64,000 nt of DNA, taken from Ascoidea asiatica JCM 7603 (Eukaryota > Fungi > Ascomycota). Shown here piece after piece: positions 1-11,395 of the stretch. The notes under the pieces were generated by a model. The model made no database searches. It saw only the letters and a list, made by a program, of their open reading frames with translations, and was not told where the DNA came from. The stretch covers positions 641,184 through 705,183 of the forward strand of contig BCKQ01000002.1 of NCBI GenBank assembly GCA_001600695.1, read 5' to 3'. Position 1 is the stretch's first letter; the number at the start of each line of letters is the position of its first letter. A program made the translations under genes and the position numbers.

Positions 1-533
1 TTTTTTTTTTTTTTACCCCTTTCTTAATCAAGAACTTTTTTCTAAGATATTTATAAATACTTGACATTCCTACAAAAAACACAGCTCCAATTTTTTTTTT
101 CTCTTTTTCACTCATTTACTTTCCTTTTTTTATTTTTTTTGATTGTGGTACTTTTTTTTTACTTATTATTACTACAAATCCTACTATTATTATTAATATT
201 TTTACCTTTATCACTTTTATTATTTATTTATTTATCTTTACTTTTTTTTTTTTCATTAATTATTTATTATATATTTATCAAATATTATTTATTATTTATT
301 ATTTATTATTTCATTTTATTAATTTCAATTTAGTCAATATTATTCAAAATTCAGAATTAAAATAATTTCGATTCTTTTCAAAAGTTTCTAATTCTGTTTG
401 GTTAATCAATTTAATAAATTGTATATAATATATTAGATAAAAATGCATAAAGTGCCTCTAAACATACATAAATATATATATACATAAATATTTTATTTAT
501 AATAAATTTTTAATAGTTTAACATTCCTAATAA

Positions 534-1557
534 TTAAGCTTGTAAAGATGCTATATATTGATTTATTAAATCACCAAAGTAATTTTCTTTTGCAGAATTT
601 AAATTTTTAAAAAAAAACTTATTATTTGAATCATTTAATACAGGAAAATTTAATTTCTTAAGAAGTTCTTTAATTTTTTCAACTTTCTGTCTTTTTTTTT
701 TTAAATTTTTATTAATATTCTCTAATTTTACATCTTTTGAATCATTAGATTCATTTTCTATATCATCTAATAATGTAATCTCAATTAAAAATCCTCTAAA
801 ATTTCCATGAGAAAAACAATTAGCTGTTCTTATTATAAATTTAGAAAATTTTTCTGGAGAATTTTCTTCATGAATTACTAATTGATAAGAATTTCCACCT
901 TCTCCTTTTATTGTCTGTCTTAAAATCCAATTTGAATTTAATCTCTCTACAACAACAGTTTCAATAGGTGTTGTTCCACCATTAGAGCATCCAGATTTTA
1001 TTAATTGATTATTAATAATATCAAAACTTTTTTGTTGTACTAAACTTTCAGATGGTAATATATTACCATTAGTATTACTATTATATGTCATTTCTGATGA
1101 TAAAGGTGATAAACCTGAATTATAATTTGTAAAAACCATAAATTTATTATTAATCATAGTTATTGTTTTATTAGAAAGATAACTTAAGGATAATGTATAC
1201 ATGAATTTATTCTGCTGTTGATTTAAAAATAATTTCAAATTTGTATTTTTGGATGAGTTTGCTAAAGATTGCTCAAGTAGTTGAATTAAAATTGGATTTA
1301 TTTTAAAGATTCTGAATTCAAAATTCCAAGGTCCCAAGACTGTTGGAATTTCATTAGATATTAAATCATGGAAACTAGAAATTGAAGTCAATGATGCATT
1401 TTTGATAATTAAAATCCTAGAAAATTTTACAATAATAATTGTATTATTGAATTGTTAGCGAAAATTTCAATTAAAATAAGAAAATAAATAACTGATAATC
1501 ATAACTGTATAATTTAATATATATCATTTAAAAGTTCTTAACATACGCTGTAACCAT
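534..1557 (-). CDS. SRB2: Mediator subunit Med20 (Srb2); 2 exons: 1557-1547 and 1416-534
   Basis: Exon 1 ATG GTT ACA GC, then GTATGT donor (1546), GCTAAC branch (~1455-1460) and TAG acceptor (1417) join in frame to give MVTAILIIKNASLTSISSFHDLISNEIPTVLGPWNFEFRIF. This matches the Med20 N-terminus; the W-LRQ-IKGEGG-SY motif is also present. Confidence 0.88.
1417..1546 (-). other. Spliceosomal intron (130 nt) in SRB2/MED20
   Basis: GTATGT...GCTAAC...TAG on the minus strand; splicing restores frame and supplies the ATG. Confidence 0.85.
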
Positions 1558-1905
1558 TGTCAATATATAAGTTTCAATCCATCAAACTCTCTTCAAAAGA
1601 ATCTATTTTTTATAGAGGTTTTGATCAAACATCGACTATTGAAAATTTATTGAAATTCAAATTGCATTTTTCATTGCTTAATCTTTTAAAGAACCTTTTA
1701 TTTTATTAATTCATTGAAAACAAATATATTTGATATTTAACTTAAGTATGGATGCAGGATTACAGTACGTACCCGGAAAATAACTTTAGGATAATTACGT
1801 TTATTGCTATTTTATTGTACACTGGAAATAAAGAAAAAAAAAATAAAACTGAAATAGAATATAAAACTGAAATAAAATCATGAAAATCATACAAACTTGT
1901 CATGC

Positions 1906-3318
1906 TCAGCTATTGTTAAGCTTTGCTAATTGTTTTTTTGAGAATCCAAGAGTGGCACAAGAAGGACAATACCAGGATCCTTTGGGTAACCTGTCTAAAT
2001 TAACACAATTAACATGGAACCAACTACCATGGGAACAATAAGGATTATCACAAGCTATCATTTCTCCATAAGCAACTTGTTTACAGAGACAGTATGTTTC
2101 ATTTTCATTACCATCAGCAGTTACATCATATTCCTCAACTGCGTTCTTGTTTGAATGTCTATCTTCTTTATCTTCTTCAATTGTCTTCTCGGATTTCATC
2201 GAAAGCGATTTCAATGAACTTCTCTTATTAGCACCACTAGGAGTTGAAGATCTTTTGGAACGAGAGGATTGATTTGTAGAATCTGGATCGTTTTTATTAG
2301 TATCATTGATATTAGGTGAATTCAAGTTAAGATTAGATGAGGATTTCTTTTTGTTGGTTCTCTTTCTGGATGTAGAAGTAGGAGTTCCAGCTTTCGAATT
2401 AGCTAATGAACCGTCATTATTAACAAAAGTATATTTTCCTTCACGCTGTTTAGTTTTTTCTTTATCTTTTCCCTTTTCTTTTTCTTTCTCTTTTTCTTTA
2501 TCTTTTTCTTTCTCTTTATCCTTATCTTTGTCCTTTTCTTTATCTTTATCTTTATCCTTTTCTCTATTGGAATTTGTATTTGATCTTCTTTTCTTTGGTG
2601 CTGCTCCAGAAGCTGAATTTTCTCTTGAATTATCTCTTTTTCTAGATGATTGTTTTATTACAGGTGAGCCTGTTTCATCTTCATTATTTGAATCTTGAGA
2701 ACCGTTATTAGAAACCTTTTGTTGTTGGGCTTGTTGAGCAGCTTTTCTAGCAGCTATTGCTTCTCTTCGTGATTCACTTCTTTGAGATTGGACAGATTTC
2801 GTTTCGGTAACAAGTTGCAGATCTTCAACAAATGCAGGATGATTTAATTCACCATATCTAATACTATCAGGGATTTCATTTGCTATAATATTCTCAAAAT
2901 CTTCATTTATTTTCCCAATGGTTTGAACAACACAATCCCCAGCAACAGCTGCTACATGCATCTTTTCTTCCAAAGAGGGTAAAATTTCTCCCAATAAAAA
3001 ATGTATAGTTTCTAATTTTGCTGTTCTATTTGAATTGATATTTTGATTATAAGCTTGAAAACTTGGATTACTTTTTGCTTTTGATAAATTTGGTTTAGGC
3101 AAGTTTATTAATCGATTGATATTTTGATTCAAAAGTGGTTGAGAAGTTATACACTTTGCATCAATTTCACTCATTAATGTGAAATATTTGATAAGATCCT
3201 TTGGCAAAGCATCTAGAGAATCCATTATTGAGTTGAGTCCAGAACATTTCTGTTTGGAAAAACTTGGATTTTGCTTAGACTTATCCTTACCAGAATTTAA
3301 CTTTGAACGACGATCCAT
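1906..3318 (-). CDS. PHO23: ING-family PHD finger protein, Rpd3L subunit Pho23 (first ATG at 3318)
   Basis: N-terminal ING domain [30 protein letters not shown]; [10 protein letters not shown] motif; C-terminal [21 protein letters not shown]...WFH..C....[10 protein letters not shown]. Confidence 0.88.
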   Translation of the reverse strand: MDRRSKLNSGKDKSKQNPSFSKQKCSGLNSIMDSLDALPKDLIKYFTLMSEIDAKCITSQPLLNQNINRLINLPKPNLSKAKSNPSFQAYNQNINSNRTAKLETIHFLLGEILPSLEEKMHVAAVAGDCVVQTIGKINEDFENIIANEIPDSIRYGELNHPAFVEDLQLVTETKSVQSQRSESRREAIAARKAAQQAQQQKVSNNGSQDSNNEDETGSPVIKQSSRKRDNSRENSASGAAPKKRRSNTNSNREKDKDKDKEKDKDKDKEKEKDKEKEKEKEKGKDKEKTKQREGKYTFVNNDGSLANSKAGTPTSTSRKRTNKKKSSSNLNLNSPNINDTNKNDPDSTNQSSRSKRSSTPSGANKRSSLKSLSMKSEKTIEEDKEDRHSNKNAVEEYDVTADGNENETYCLCKQVAYGEMIACDNPYCSHGSWFHVNCVNLDRLPKGSWYCPSCATLGFSKKQLAKLNNS

Positions 3319-3959
3319 GATTAAGTCTGACACTTATCTGTCTAAATGATTTTTATAAATAAAGATAATTTCAATTACCAAAGGTAAAATATTATAAATA
3401 TGATGAAAAGTTAATGAAAATAAAATTCATTTTGCTTTTCTGTAGTATTGACAATACTCGTTCTAAAAGAGATTGCTAAATAAGCTTATTATGGGCCAAG
3501 GTTACCCGGAAGCATGACAGATAGGAGACCCTCAAAAACGGTCTCAAAAAGCCTGTTATGTTTTTAGTGTTTTGAGTTAAACCTCTACAGTGTGCTAAAG
3601 GTTATATTAAATGATTAGAAAAAAATATTGAAAGACTAAACTAAAAGAAGAAAATTGAAATCAGAGAATTAAATAATATGTATATCGAAAAGTAAATGAT
3701 TGAATAATAAGACAATGTATAATTAAAATAAGAAATTAGAACATTTGAGCATTGTAAAAAGCTTTCAAATGTTTGGAAAGCAAATTTCTATCTTTGGGCA
3801 AAGTGTAATTAGTACAAATACATCAAACTATTGATGTTAGAAAAGAATGCACTAATCATTATTTTAAATTTATTGGTATAATGATAAAAACCAATTTTTC
3901 TATTTGTTAAGAAGCTTGAATTTATTTGGACCAGCCGTTCAGCTATATTCTTTTTTAGA

Positions 3960-6900
3960 TTATTTCAAAATAGAATTGTTAGATTCTATCAAAGGGACTC
4001 CTTTTGGCGTTGATGGTGAATTCAAGGAAGCTGGACTTGAAAGTTCTCCAACAGAGCTAGAACTAACATTTTTTTTAATAAATAATTTTCTTTTTGGAGG
4101 TGAAAAATCACGTAAAGATTCTATCGTAGTTATCTTGAAATTATCTTTTGATATTAAAGGAATAGTATGTAAGCTACTAGATGGAATTGATGAAGTTGAT
4201 GAGGATAATGCTGCTTTGGAAGAAAGAGATTTCGAACGCTTTTGTTCACTTAATAGTTTATGTTGTTTGGATGCCATTTTAGACTGTGGATCTAATACAA
4301 ATGCATATTTGTGCGGCTGAGGTATTGGCTGATGACCATTAGTATATGACTTAGTGAAATCTAGAGTTGAAGAACATTCATCAAATGATAACGTTCGTTT
4401 TGAGTTCAAATTTGCATTCATACTAGAAGTTGGATTCACATAAAAAAAACTTGATCCTGCACCAGAAGGATTTGACGTTGGAGCAAATGAATGACCAGTT
4501 CCTTTTGTTATAATAGAACTTTTCGATTTCTTCAATTTTTTGGGAGATTTAGCAGTTCTGTTTTTGAATCCAGACACAGTCGGACTATTTTCAGACAATT
4601 TAATATTATTTGCTTTGGATATTGTACAGCTCATAGAACGATTAGAATTCTTCAAATGATGTGACAAATTCATTTTAGGCTTTTCAACTTTGACAGGAGA
4701 TGAATTAATTTTTGATCTTTGTTTTTGAATATTAAGCTTTGGGGGTTTAAGATCATCCAAATTATCTGTTTTTATAGTCAAATTTTTATGGTTTAATGAT
4801 GATCTTTTTGATCCACCTGAATTTGAAGGTTTCTTGTCATTTAACTTATTTTCATCTTTTGAAATTTCTTTATTTGCTTCAAGCGTTTCAGTATTGTCAT
4901 TCAACCCCATAATTGAATTTAATACATCCATGTCAAAATCTTCGGTATCAGGCTTAGTAGCCAATTCAAAATCAAAAATATCTTTTCCAGAATTTGGACT
5001 TTTGAGTTTTTTGTTGTCAAATCCTGATGGAAATGAGCCTTTATCATTGATAGTATTATTTTCTTGAGAGGTTTTATTTTTTATAAGATTGCCTATATCT
5101 AGAAATTCAGTATCAGACTTTAGAAGAGAAGGATTTAAATTCAAAGCACTCGCAAAACTATTATCACCATTTGATATAGCTGAATTTAATGTAGAAATAT
5201 TATTATTTAAAGTGGAACTTGATAAATTAGTTGGAGAAGAAAAATAGAATACATTTGGGTCAACTCCGGTATTGATAGGATTATCAGTAAAATTAAAACA
5301 ATCAGTATTTAACTTATCTAGTTCTAAGTCAGTTAAACTTAAAAATTGATGAGTAGATTTTTCATCTAGGATATTTTCATTGAACCCTTTTTCAATTGAA
5401 TTTTTGATAGCATCTTCCACAGAAAAATTTTCATTCCACAAATTGTGAGAGGAGTCTAAAAAGCTTGAACTTTCCTGTTGATTAGACCCCTTTATGAAAG
5501 ATTCAAGTAAAGGATCAAAATCAAGAATTTGATTACCATTCTGTAGATCAAGCACTAGATTCTCATTTTTTGAGAAGTTCTGATCATTAGTTGCAAATTC
5601 ATTACTTTTATCATCTTTGATTTTCTGGGTATTATTAGTATCATTTTCTTTTACTTCTTTTATTGTATTTACAGATTCTTCTGTATTTACTAAACTATTA
5701 CTTAAAGGTGATTTTTGATTGACAGTTTTATTTTCTTTTACAACTTTTAAGTTATCTTTTGAGATGGATTTCATATTTTCCTTTTTGGTTGACTTCTTAT
5801 TTGAACTAGCTGTACCTGTATTTTCATTAACCTTTTTTATTTTTGTTTTAATTTTGTTATTATTTTTCGGCTTATTTTTATTTTTTATTATCCCATTTTC
5901 AGATTTAAAATTCTTAGGGCTAGGCTTAGCAAAAGGTTCATTGTTAGCATTTTTACTACTTTTACCACTTTTACCATTCGTTTTTATATTTCCATTATCT
6001 TTAGAGCTGTTGGAACTATTGTTTGAGGAAGAGCTTTTGTTAGAAGTAGAACTGTTGCTACTATTATTGTCATATTTAAGATTCAGAGATGCAGTGGTTT
6101 CTAAATTTACAATAGCAGATGCTGTAATAGCATTGGAGTTCAAGTTTGAATTTACACTTTTAGAAGTATTTGCCGAGTTGAAACTATTGGAAATACTATT
6201 TCGACTTATTGTTCTACTAACAGGGGTAATTATTTGAGAATTAGTAACAGAATATGGAATTGTAGGAGTTGCAGGTTCTGAATTACCTAAATTCAATTGA
6301 TTTTGAAAATGACTATTAATTGAAGATACCGGAGAAGGGATATATCGACTTAAACTTGGAGAGGATTGAGCAGATAATGGTAATTGTGGAGGTGGGGGCA
6401 TTTGATGGAGATCAGCATTATCAAAGAATAATTTTGAATCTTTTGAAATTGTCTGTAAATTTTGACTTGGATTTAACATAGAAAGCGAAGTTTGTTTCTG
6501 TTGTTGTTTTTGTTGCTGTTCCAACTGTTGATGTTGTTGTATCTGCTGTTGTTGTTGTTGCTGCTGCTGCTGTTGAAGCAATATCTGAAATTGTAGTTGC
6601 TGCAAGGCTGGATTGTTTGCTTGATTCTGGAGTTGTCGAAGTTGAAGTTGGTAATTCAATTGTTGCTGTTGTTGTTGTAATAATTGAAATTGAGCTTGTT
6701 TTTGTTCCTGAATTGGAGCCCCCAAGTTGCTGGATGCAAATTGATTTTGTTGATTTTGTTGATTTTGTTGACTTTGTTGGTTTTGTTGACTTTGTTGATT
6801 TTGTTGATTTTGAAACTGTTGTTGCTGTTGTTGTAATAATTCGAGTTGTTTATTTCTGAAAAATTCTTGTTGAAGAATCTGTTGATGCTTTTGCTGTTCA

Positions 6901-7667
6901 CCAATCATTAATAATCTTTGATTTATTAATTGAGAGGAATTTTGTGGAGCATTTTTCATTTGAATAAGTTTCAATTGATCTTGAATCAACTGTTGAGTCG
7001 TAGATTGATTTGTTTGCTGAACAACCAAAGGGTTTTGTTGTTGTGCTTGAGATGGTTGTACGGGTTGTTGCGGTTGTTGTTGTTGTTGTATCTGCTGCTG
7101 CTGTTGTTGCTGTTGCTGTAATAAAAAAGCCAAGCCTTGAGGCTGAATTTTATTTATTTGACCATTTTGTGGGGAAATTTCAGAAAGTGAAGGATTATAT
7201 AAAGAATTGAGAATTTGATTTTGTTGTAGTTGAAGCGGAAGTTGGGATAATGAAGATAGTTGTTGAGATTGTTGTTGTTGCAGTTGTTGTTGTTGCTGGG
7301 GTAATGGTTGAAATTGTAATGAATTATTTTGGTTCTGGAGTAAAGAAACAGCAGAAGGATTATTTAATAGTTGAGATAAAGTTTCTTGATTTATAGCGGG
7401 ATTAATTAATTGAGATTGAAAAAGATTCTGAGAAAAAAAAGGATTAATCAAATTATTATTTAAAATTTGATTTTGGTTTTGATTTTGATTTTGATTTTGA
7501 TTTTGATTTTGATTTTGATTTTGATTTAAAATTTGGTTTTGATTTTGATTTTGATTTTGAATTGGGATTGGATTCAAATTTAGATTAAATGCAGAAGTTT
7601 GATTATTGGATGCAGTTGGATTGATTAGAGAAGGATTTTGATTAAGTTGCTGAGAATTGAAATTCAT
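3960..7667 (-). CDS. Q/N-rich intrinsically disordered protein, 1235 aa, probable transcriptional regulator
   Basis: Long uninterrupted ORF with AAAAATG start context; poly-Q/QN N-terminal half, acidic-hydrophobic middle, basic SP/TP-rich C-terminus; no recognisable folded domain. Confidence 0.75.
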   Translation of the reverse strand: MNFNSQQLNQNPSLINPTASNNQTSAFNLNLNPIPIQNQNQNQNQILNQNQNQNQNQNQNQNQNQNQILNNNLINPFFSQNLFQSQLINPAINQETLSQLLNNPSAVSLLQNQNNSLQFQPLPQQQQQLQQQQSQQLSSLSQLPLQLQQNQILNSLYNPSLSEISPQNGQINKIQPQGLAFLLQQQQQQQQQIQQQQQPQQPVQPSQAQQQNPLVVQQTNQSTTQQLIQDQLKLIQMKNAPQNSSQLINQRLLMIGEQQKHQQILQQEFFRNKQLELLQQQQQQFQNQQNQQSQQNQQSQQNQQNQQNQFASSNLGAPIQEQKQAQFQLLQQQQQQLNYQLQLRQLQNQANNPALQQLQFQILLQQQQQQQQQQQIQQHQQLEQQQKQQQKQTSLSMLNPSQNLQTISKDSKLFFDNADLHQMPPPPQLPLSAQSSPSLSRYIPSPVSSINSHFQNQLNLGNSEPATPTIPYSVTNSQIITPVSRTISRNSISNSFNSANTSKSVNSNLNSNAITASAIVNLETTASLNLKYDNNSSNSSTSNKSSSSNNSSNSSKDNGNIKTNGKSGKSSKNANNEPFAKPSPKNFKSENGIIKNKNKPKNNNKIKTKIKKVNENTGTASSNKKSTKKENMKSISKDNLKVVKENKTVNQKSPLSNSLVNTEESVNTIKEVKENDTNNTQKIKDDKSNEFATNDQNFSKNENLVLDLQNGNQILDFDPLLESFIKGSNQQESSSFLDSSHNLWNENFSVEDAIKNSIEKGFNENILDEKSTHQFLSLTDLELDKLNTDCFNFTDNPINTGVDPNVFYFSSPTNLSSSTLNNNISTLNSAISNGDNSFASALNLNPSLLKSDTEFLDIGNLIKNKTSQENNTINDKGSFPSGFDNKKLKSPNSGKDIFDFELATKPDTEDFDMDVLNSIMGLNDNTETLEANKEISKDENKLNDKKPSNSGGSKRSSLNHKNLTIKTDNLDDLKPPKLNIQKQRSKINSSPVKVEKPKMNLSHHLKNSNRSMSCTISKANNIKLSENSPTVSGFKNRTAKSPKKLKKSKSSIITKGTGHSFAPTSNPSGAGSSFFYVNPTSSMNANLNSKRTLSFDECSSTLDFTKSYTNGHQPIPQPHKYAFVLDPQSKMASKQHKLLSEQKRSKSLSSKAALSSSTSSIPSSSLHTIPLISKDNFKITTIESLRDFSPPKRKLFIKKNVSSSSVGELSSPASLNSPSTPKGVPLIESNNSILK

Positions 7668-10600
7668 TTTTTTTTTTTTAATAAAACTTGATTTAAAATG
7701 AATTGAACAAAGTGAAACTAAAAAATAATTAAAAAGCTAATACTTATAATGATAATGATAATGATAATGATAATGATAATGATAGTGATAATGATAGTTA
7801 TAGTTATATTGCAAGTTTGATAAAATTTAGATTAAAATTAAAATAAATTAAAGTTATAAATGAAAAATAATTTCTAAGAATAAGGGAAAAAATAAATAAG
7901 TAAAAATAAAAAGGATAAACGAGTGTGATTATTTTTTTTTTAAATAGATCTAAAAAATTATAAAATTTATATTTATAGTTTTTATTATTATGAATTATAA
8001 TAGTAAAAAGTAATAAAGAAATATATTAATTAGAAAATAAATATAATAATTAAAATAATTATAATGGATTTAAAAAATGATTAAAAATAAAACAGATTAA
8101 AAAATTATAATATCATAATTTAAAAATTTGAAAATTTAGGATAATTAGTTATTTGAATAATTTCTTTTCTTTCTTTTTTTATTAAGTTATTATATTATGA
8201 TTATAAAGATTATTAAGATTATTAAGATTATATTAAAATTATATTAAAATTATATTATATGATTAAATCCCTTTATTAATATTTGTATAAATAAGAATTA
8301 AAGAATTTATAAAATTTCAATTAAAATTTAATAATATTATAAGGATCAAAATTAATAAGTAGTAAAGAAGAAATAAGAGATCAATTTAATTTTTTTAAAT
8401 AATGTAGTTAAAAATTTATAGTATAGTAAATGTGAATACGAGAAATTTTATGAATTAGAGGGAGTCTAATTTTAGTTATTAATAAAGCGAATAAATTAAT
8501 TTAATTAAATAATTAATTAATTTAATGAGATTTTAAAATTGAATTAAAAAAGATGGAATTATAATTTATTTATTTTTATTTGAAATTTATTATTGAAAAA
8601 AGAATGAAATTTTAGATCTTATTGGTAGTGATATAAATATTAATATTGATAATTATATTAAAATTGGGAATGATTTAATTTGATTTGATTTAATTTAATA
8701 AAAAAATAAATCAATACTTATTATATTATATGACAGAGTTAAAAAAAAAAAAGTGAATGAGATTTGAAAATATTGGTTGAATTGATAGTTATTTATTAGA
8801 AGATCTGATGAGTATTAGAGGATGCGGTTATTTTAAAATTATTGGATAGATTTTGAATCAAAAAAATAGAAATCAAAAAAGTTATGAATTATAAATTAAG
8901 AATTATAATTTATGAAAATATTCTTTGAAATAATTGATTTATTATATTTGATTTATGATGAATCTTGATATATTTATGTTTCTTTAGATATTAAAAAAAA
9001 ATGATAATTGTTGTCGGCGCTTATATTTTTAAAGATTAATGATACAGTTGAATCAATAAAAGTGAAATTATTGTTGATGTGATTATCTTAAAGAAGGTAT
9101 TTGAAATAATAAATTACTATTTGAGTACTTGATTCTTTATCTGATTTATTATTTCTTTAAAATATTTTAAATAATAAAAGAAATATTAATATTGATTATA
9201 ATTATTGTACAAGAGAAAAAAAAGGTAAGACCCAGTTTTGAATGATTGATCCTTTTGGAATTGAATTTGATTTTGAATTTGATATTTGATATTTGATATT
9301 TGATATTTGATATCTTGTTTTGATATCAGGTCTTGATTGATATTTAATATTTGATATTCAATATTTTATAATCAAAGCTTGTTTCTCATATGAAAGAAAA
9401 CAAAAATTAAATAAAATTAACTAAAGAATTAAACCAAATTACAAGGAAATAAAAAGAAAACAATGAAAAAAACAGAAAATAAAAAGCAATTTCTAAAGAA
9501 AACAGGAAGATAAAAGAAATACGTAACCATACAAATGGCAAATAACCAAATAACATATGAACTGCAGAGAAGTTCTACCATAGTAATAGTAGTAGTAATA
9601 GTAATGGTAATAGAATAGTGCCAGTGCCATACAGAACAACTCCCTGCCAGTTCAAACTGCCGGAGGGTGTGCTACTGCACTACCGTACCACCCAGCAGTG
9701 CGACCGTACTATTATTGCTTCCAGCACCTCCTCCTCCACCGTTATCCCGGAACTGCTAAATATAAACCAGTCTCTGCCCACGCATCGGCGGCGGGTCACG
9801 GTGGGTCACGGCGCAGCACGGCGCAACACAGTGGACTACACTCGGCTGCCAGCTTATTCCCAACCCACATCCAGCATTCATACTTCTTTGGAGAAACCTA
9901 TTGAAGCACGTGATGAGCCATGCTCACACTTCAGCACCTGATTATAATGTGGCGAATTGATTATTACCCTGATGATTTACAAATCTCTCGCATGAGACTA
10001 CCGTGCTTTTGGCTTCTTGCACCACACGTGGCTATCTCAACCAAAACAACCAAACCATAACCTTAGTGCCACAAAATGAATTTTTGTTATCTGTGATCTA
10101 TGGAGAAAACTTTTAATTATCTACCGTATTAAAAAAAGTAAAAGTAAATGGGGGCACACCACGAAGCCCGTGCATTTCCGTGGGAAATACTTCTGCTTCT
10201 GTTTTTCTTCTATTTTCTGTATCTTGCAGTAAAACAAACAGTAAAGGTTGAGAAAAACTAGAGTACCAGTCAAGTAACAAGATCACAATGGTCAGGATCA
10301 GCTTATTCAAAAGAAACCTCCAATATATTCATCAAGTTTATTAAATCATTCAGGTCCTTCATGGTCAACAGGAACTATTATTTTTCTTTTTTCAATTCTC
10401 TAATAAAAGTCGTTTCTAATCAGAAACTTGTATAAATAGTTGTTTCTTTTTCTTCCATATTTTTTTTTAACATTTCATTTTTTTTCTATCATTTTTACTT
10501 TTCTATTTCTTTGATATATTAATATTAATAAATTGTTCAAATATAACTTCAACTGGGTCATAAACCATATAAAAAAGTGTAGAGAAGCTTTTCAGATACT

Positions 10601-11395
10601 GTATGTGTTAGGGCTCTTCTTTAGACTTACAAGCTATGCCTCTTTTAACCTCTCATAAAAAGCTGTACCCTATTGTCCTGAATGCTGGGCCAGTGTCCCA
10701 ATTTGAGTTTTTTTTTCCGTCTACGGATAGTATGGATTCATTCCGTATTATCTTCCGCCTCTCTTTCACTGCTTGGCAAAATGCAATGCCCCCTCCCCAA
10801 GGACTGTCTCCTCATTGGCCAGTTTATATATTCAAACAGGGTTTTCCCGATTGTTACAGACTTCAGCCCTTTTATTTTACGATGTTTTTATAAACAAGGT
10901 TGATACTCCTGCGACTAGAAGCATACTTCGAATACTCTAATTTCTCTGTCTTTTTGAAAAGTTATGCTTTTTTGGTTGAAACCAGCCCAAGAATAAATTT
11001 TGGCCAATAATAATGCTTTTTGGATCATAAATAAAAAAAAGAGGCTGATTTAGTTGTGGCTATAATCATTTTGAATCTGGTAATTGTATCTAAAAATGTG
11101 GCGTTCAATATGCACATTGCACATAACTGGATTTAAAGTTTCAAATAACGTTTACTTTTTTACTATTCTAAAACTTTAGATATCTTTTTCAATTTCTTCT
11201 TTTTCTTTCATAAATCAAAATTTTGTGAGTTATTCTTTTATATAAGCTTGAGATTTTCTATCATTTCTCAATTCCCTATTTATTGAAATCAAAAGTTTAT
11301 TATAAGTTAATTGATAAGTATATATTTTTCTTATTTTTTATAAAGAAAAAAAAAAAAATTATTCAGTTTCTGCTTTTTTATGGTATAAAATTAAG

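Noticed and set aside
3525-3545. Inverted repeat GAGACC-n9-GGTCTC upstream of PHO23
   Set aside because: Only a 6-bp stem; no transposon ends or other support.
2306-7210. Plus-strand ORFs antisense to PHO23 and the Q-rich gene (2306, 3904, 4834, 5719, 6617, 6930, 7010)
   Set aside because: Shadow frames of K/E/Q/N repeats giving poly-L/F/S/V; no independent coding signal.
9618-9941. Short ORFs within GC-rich promoter islands (also 32153, 38555, 48584-49249, 56811-57249)
   Set aside because: Stop-poor because of local GC and microsatellites; codon usage unlike real genes; no motifs.
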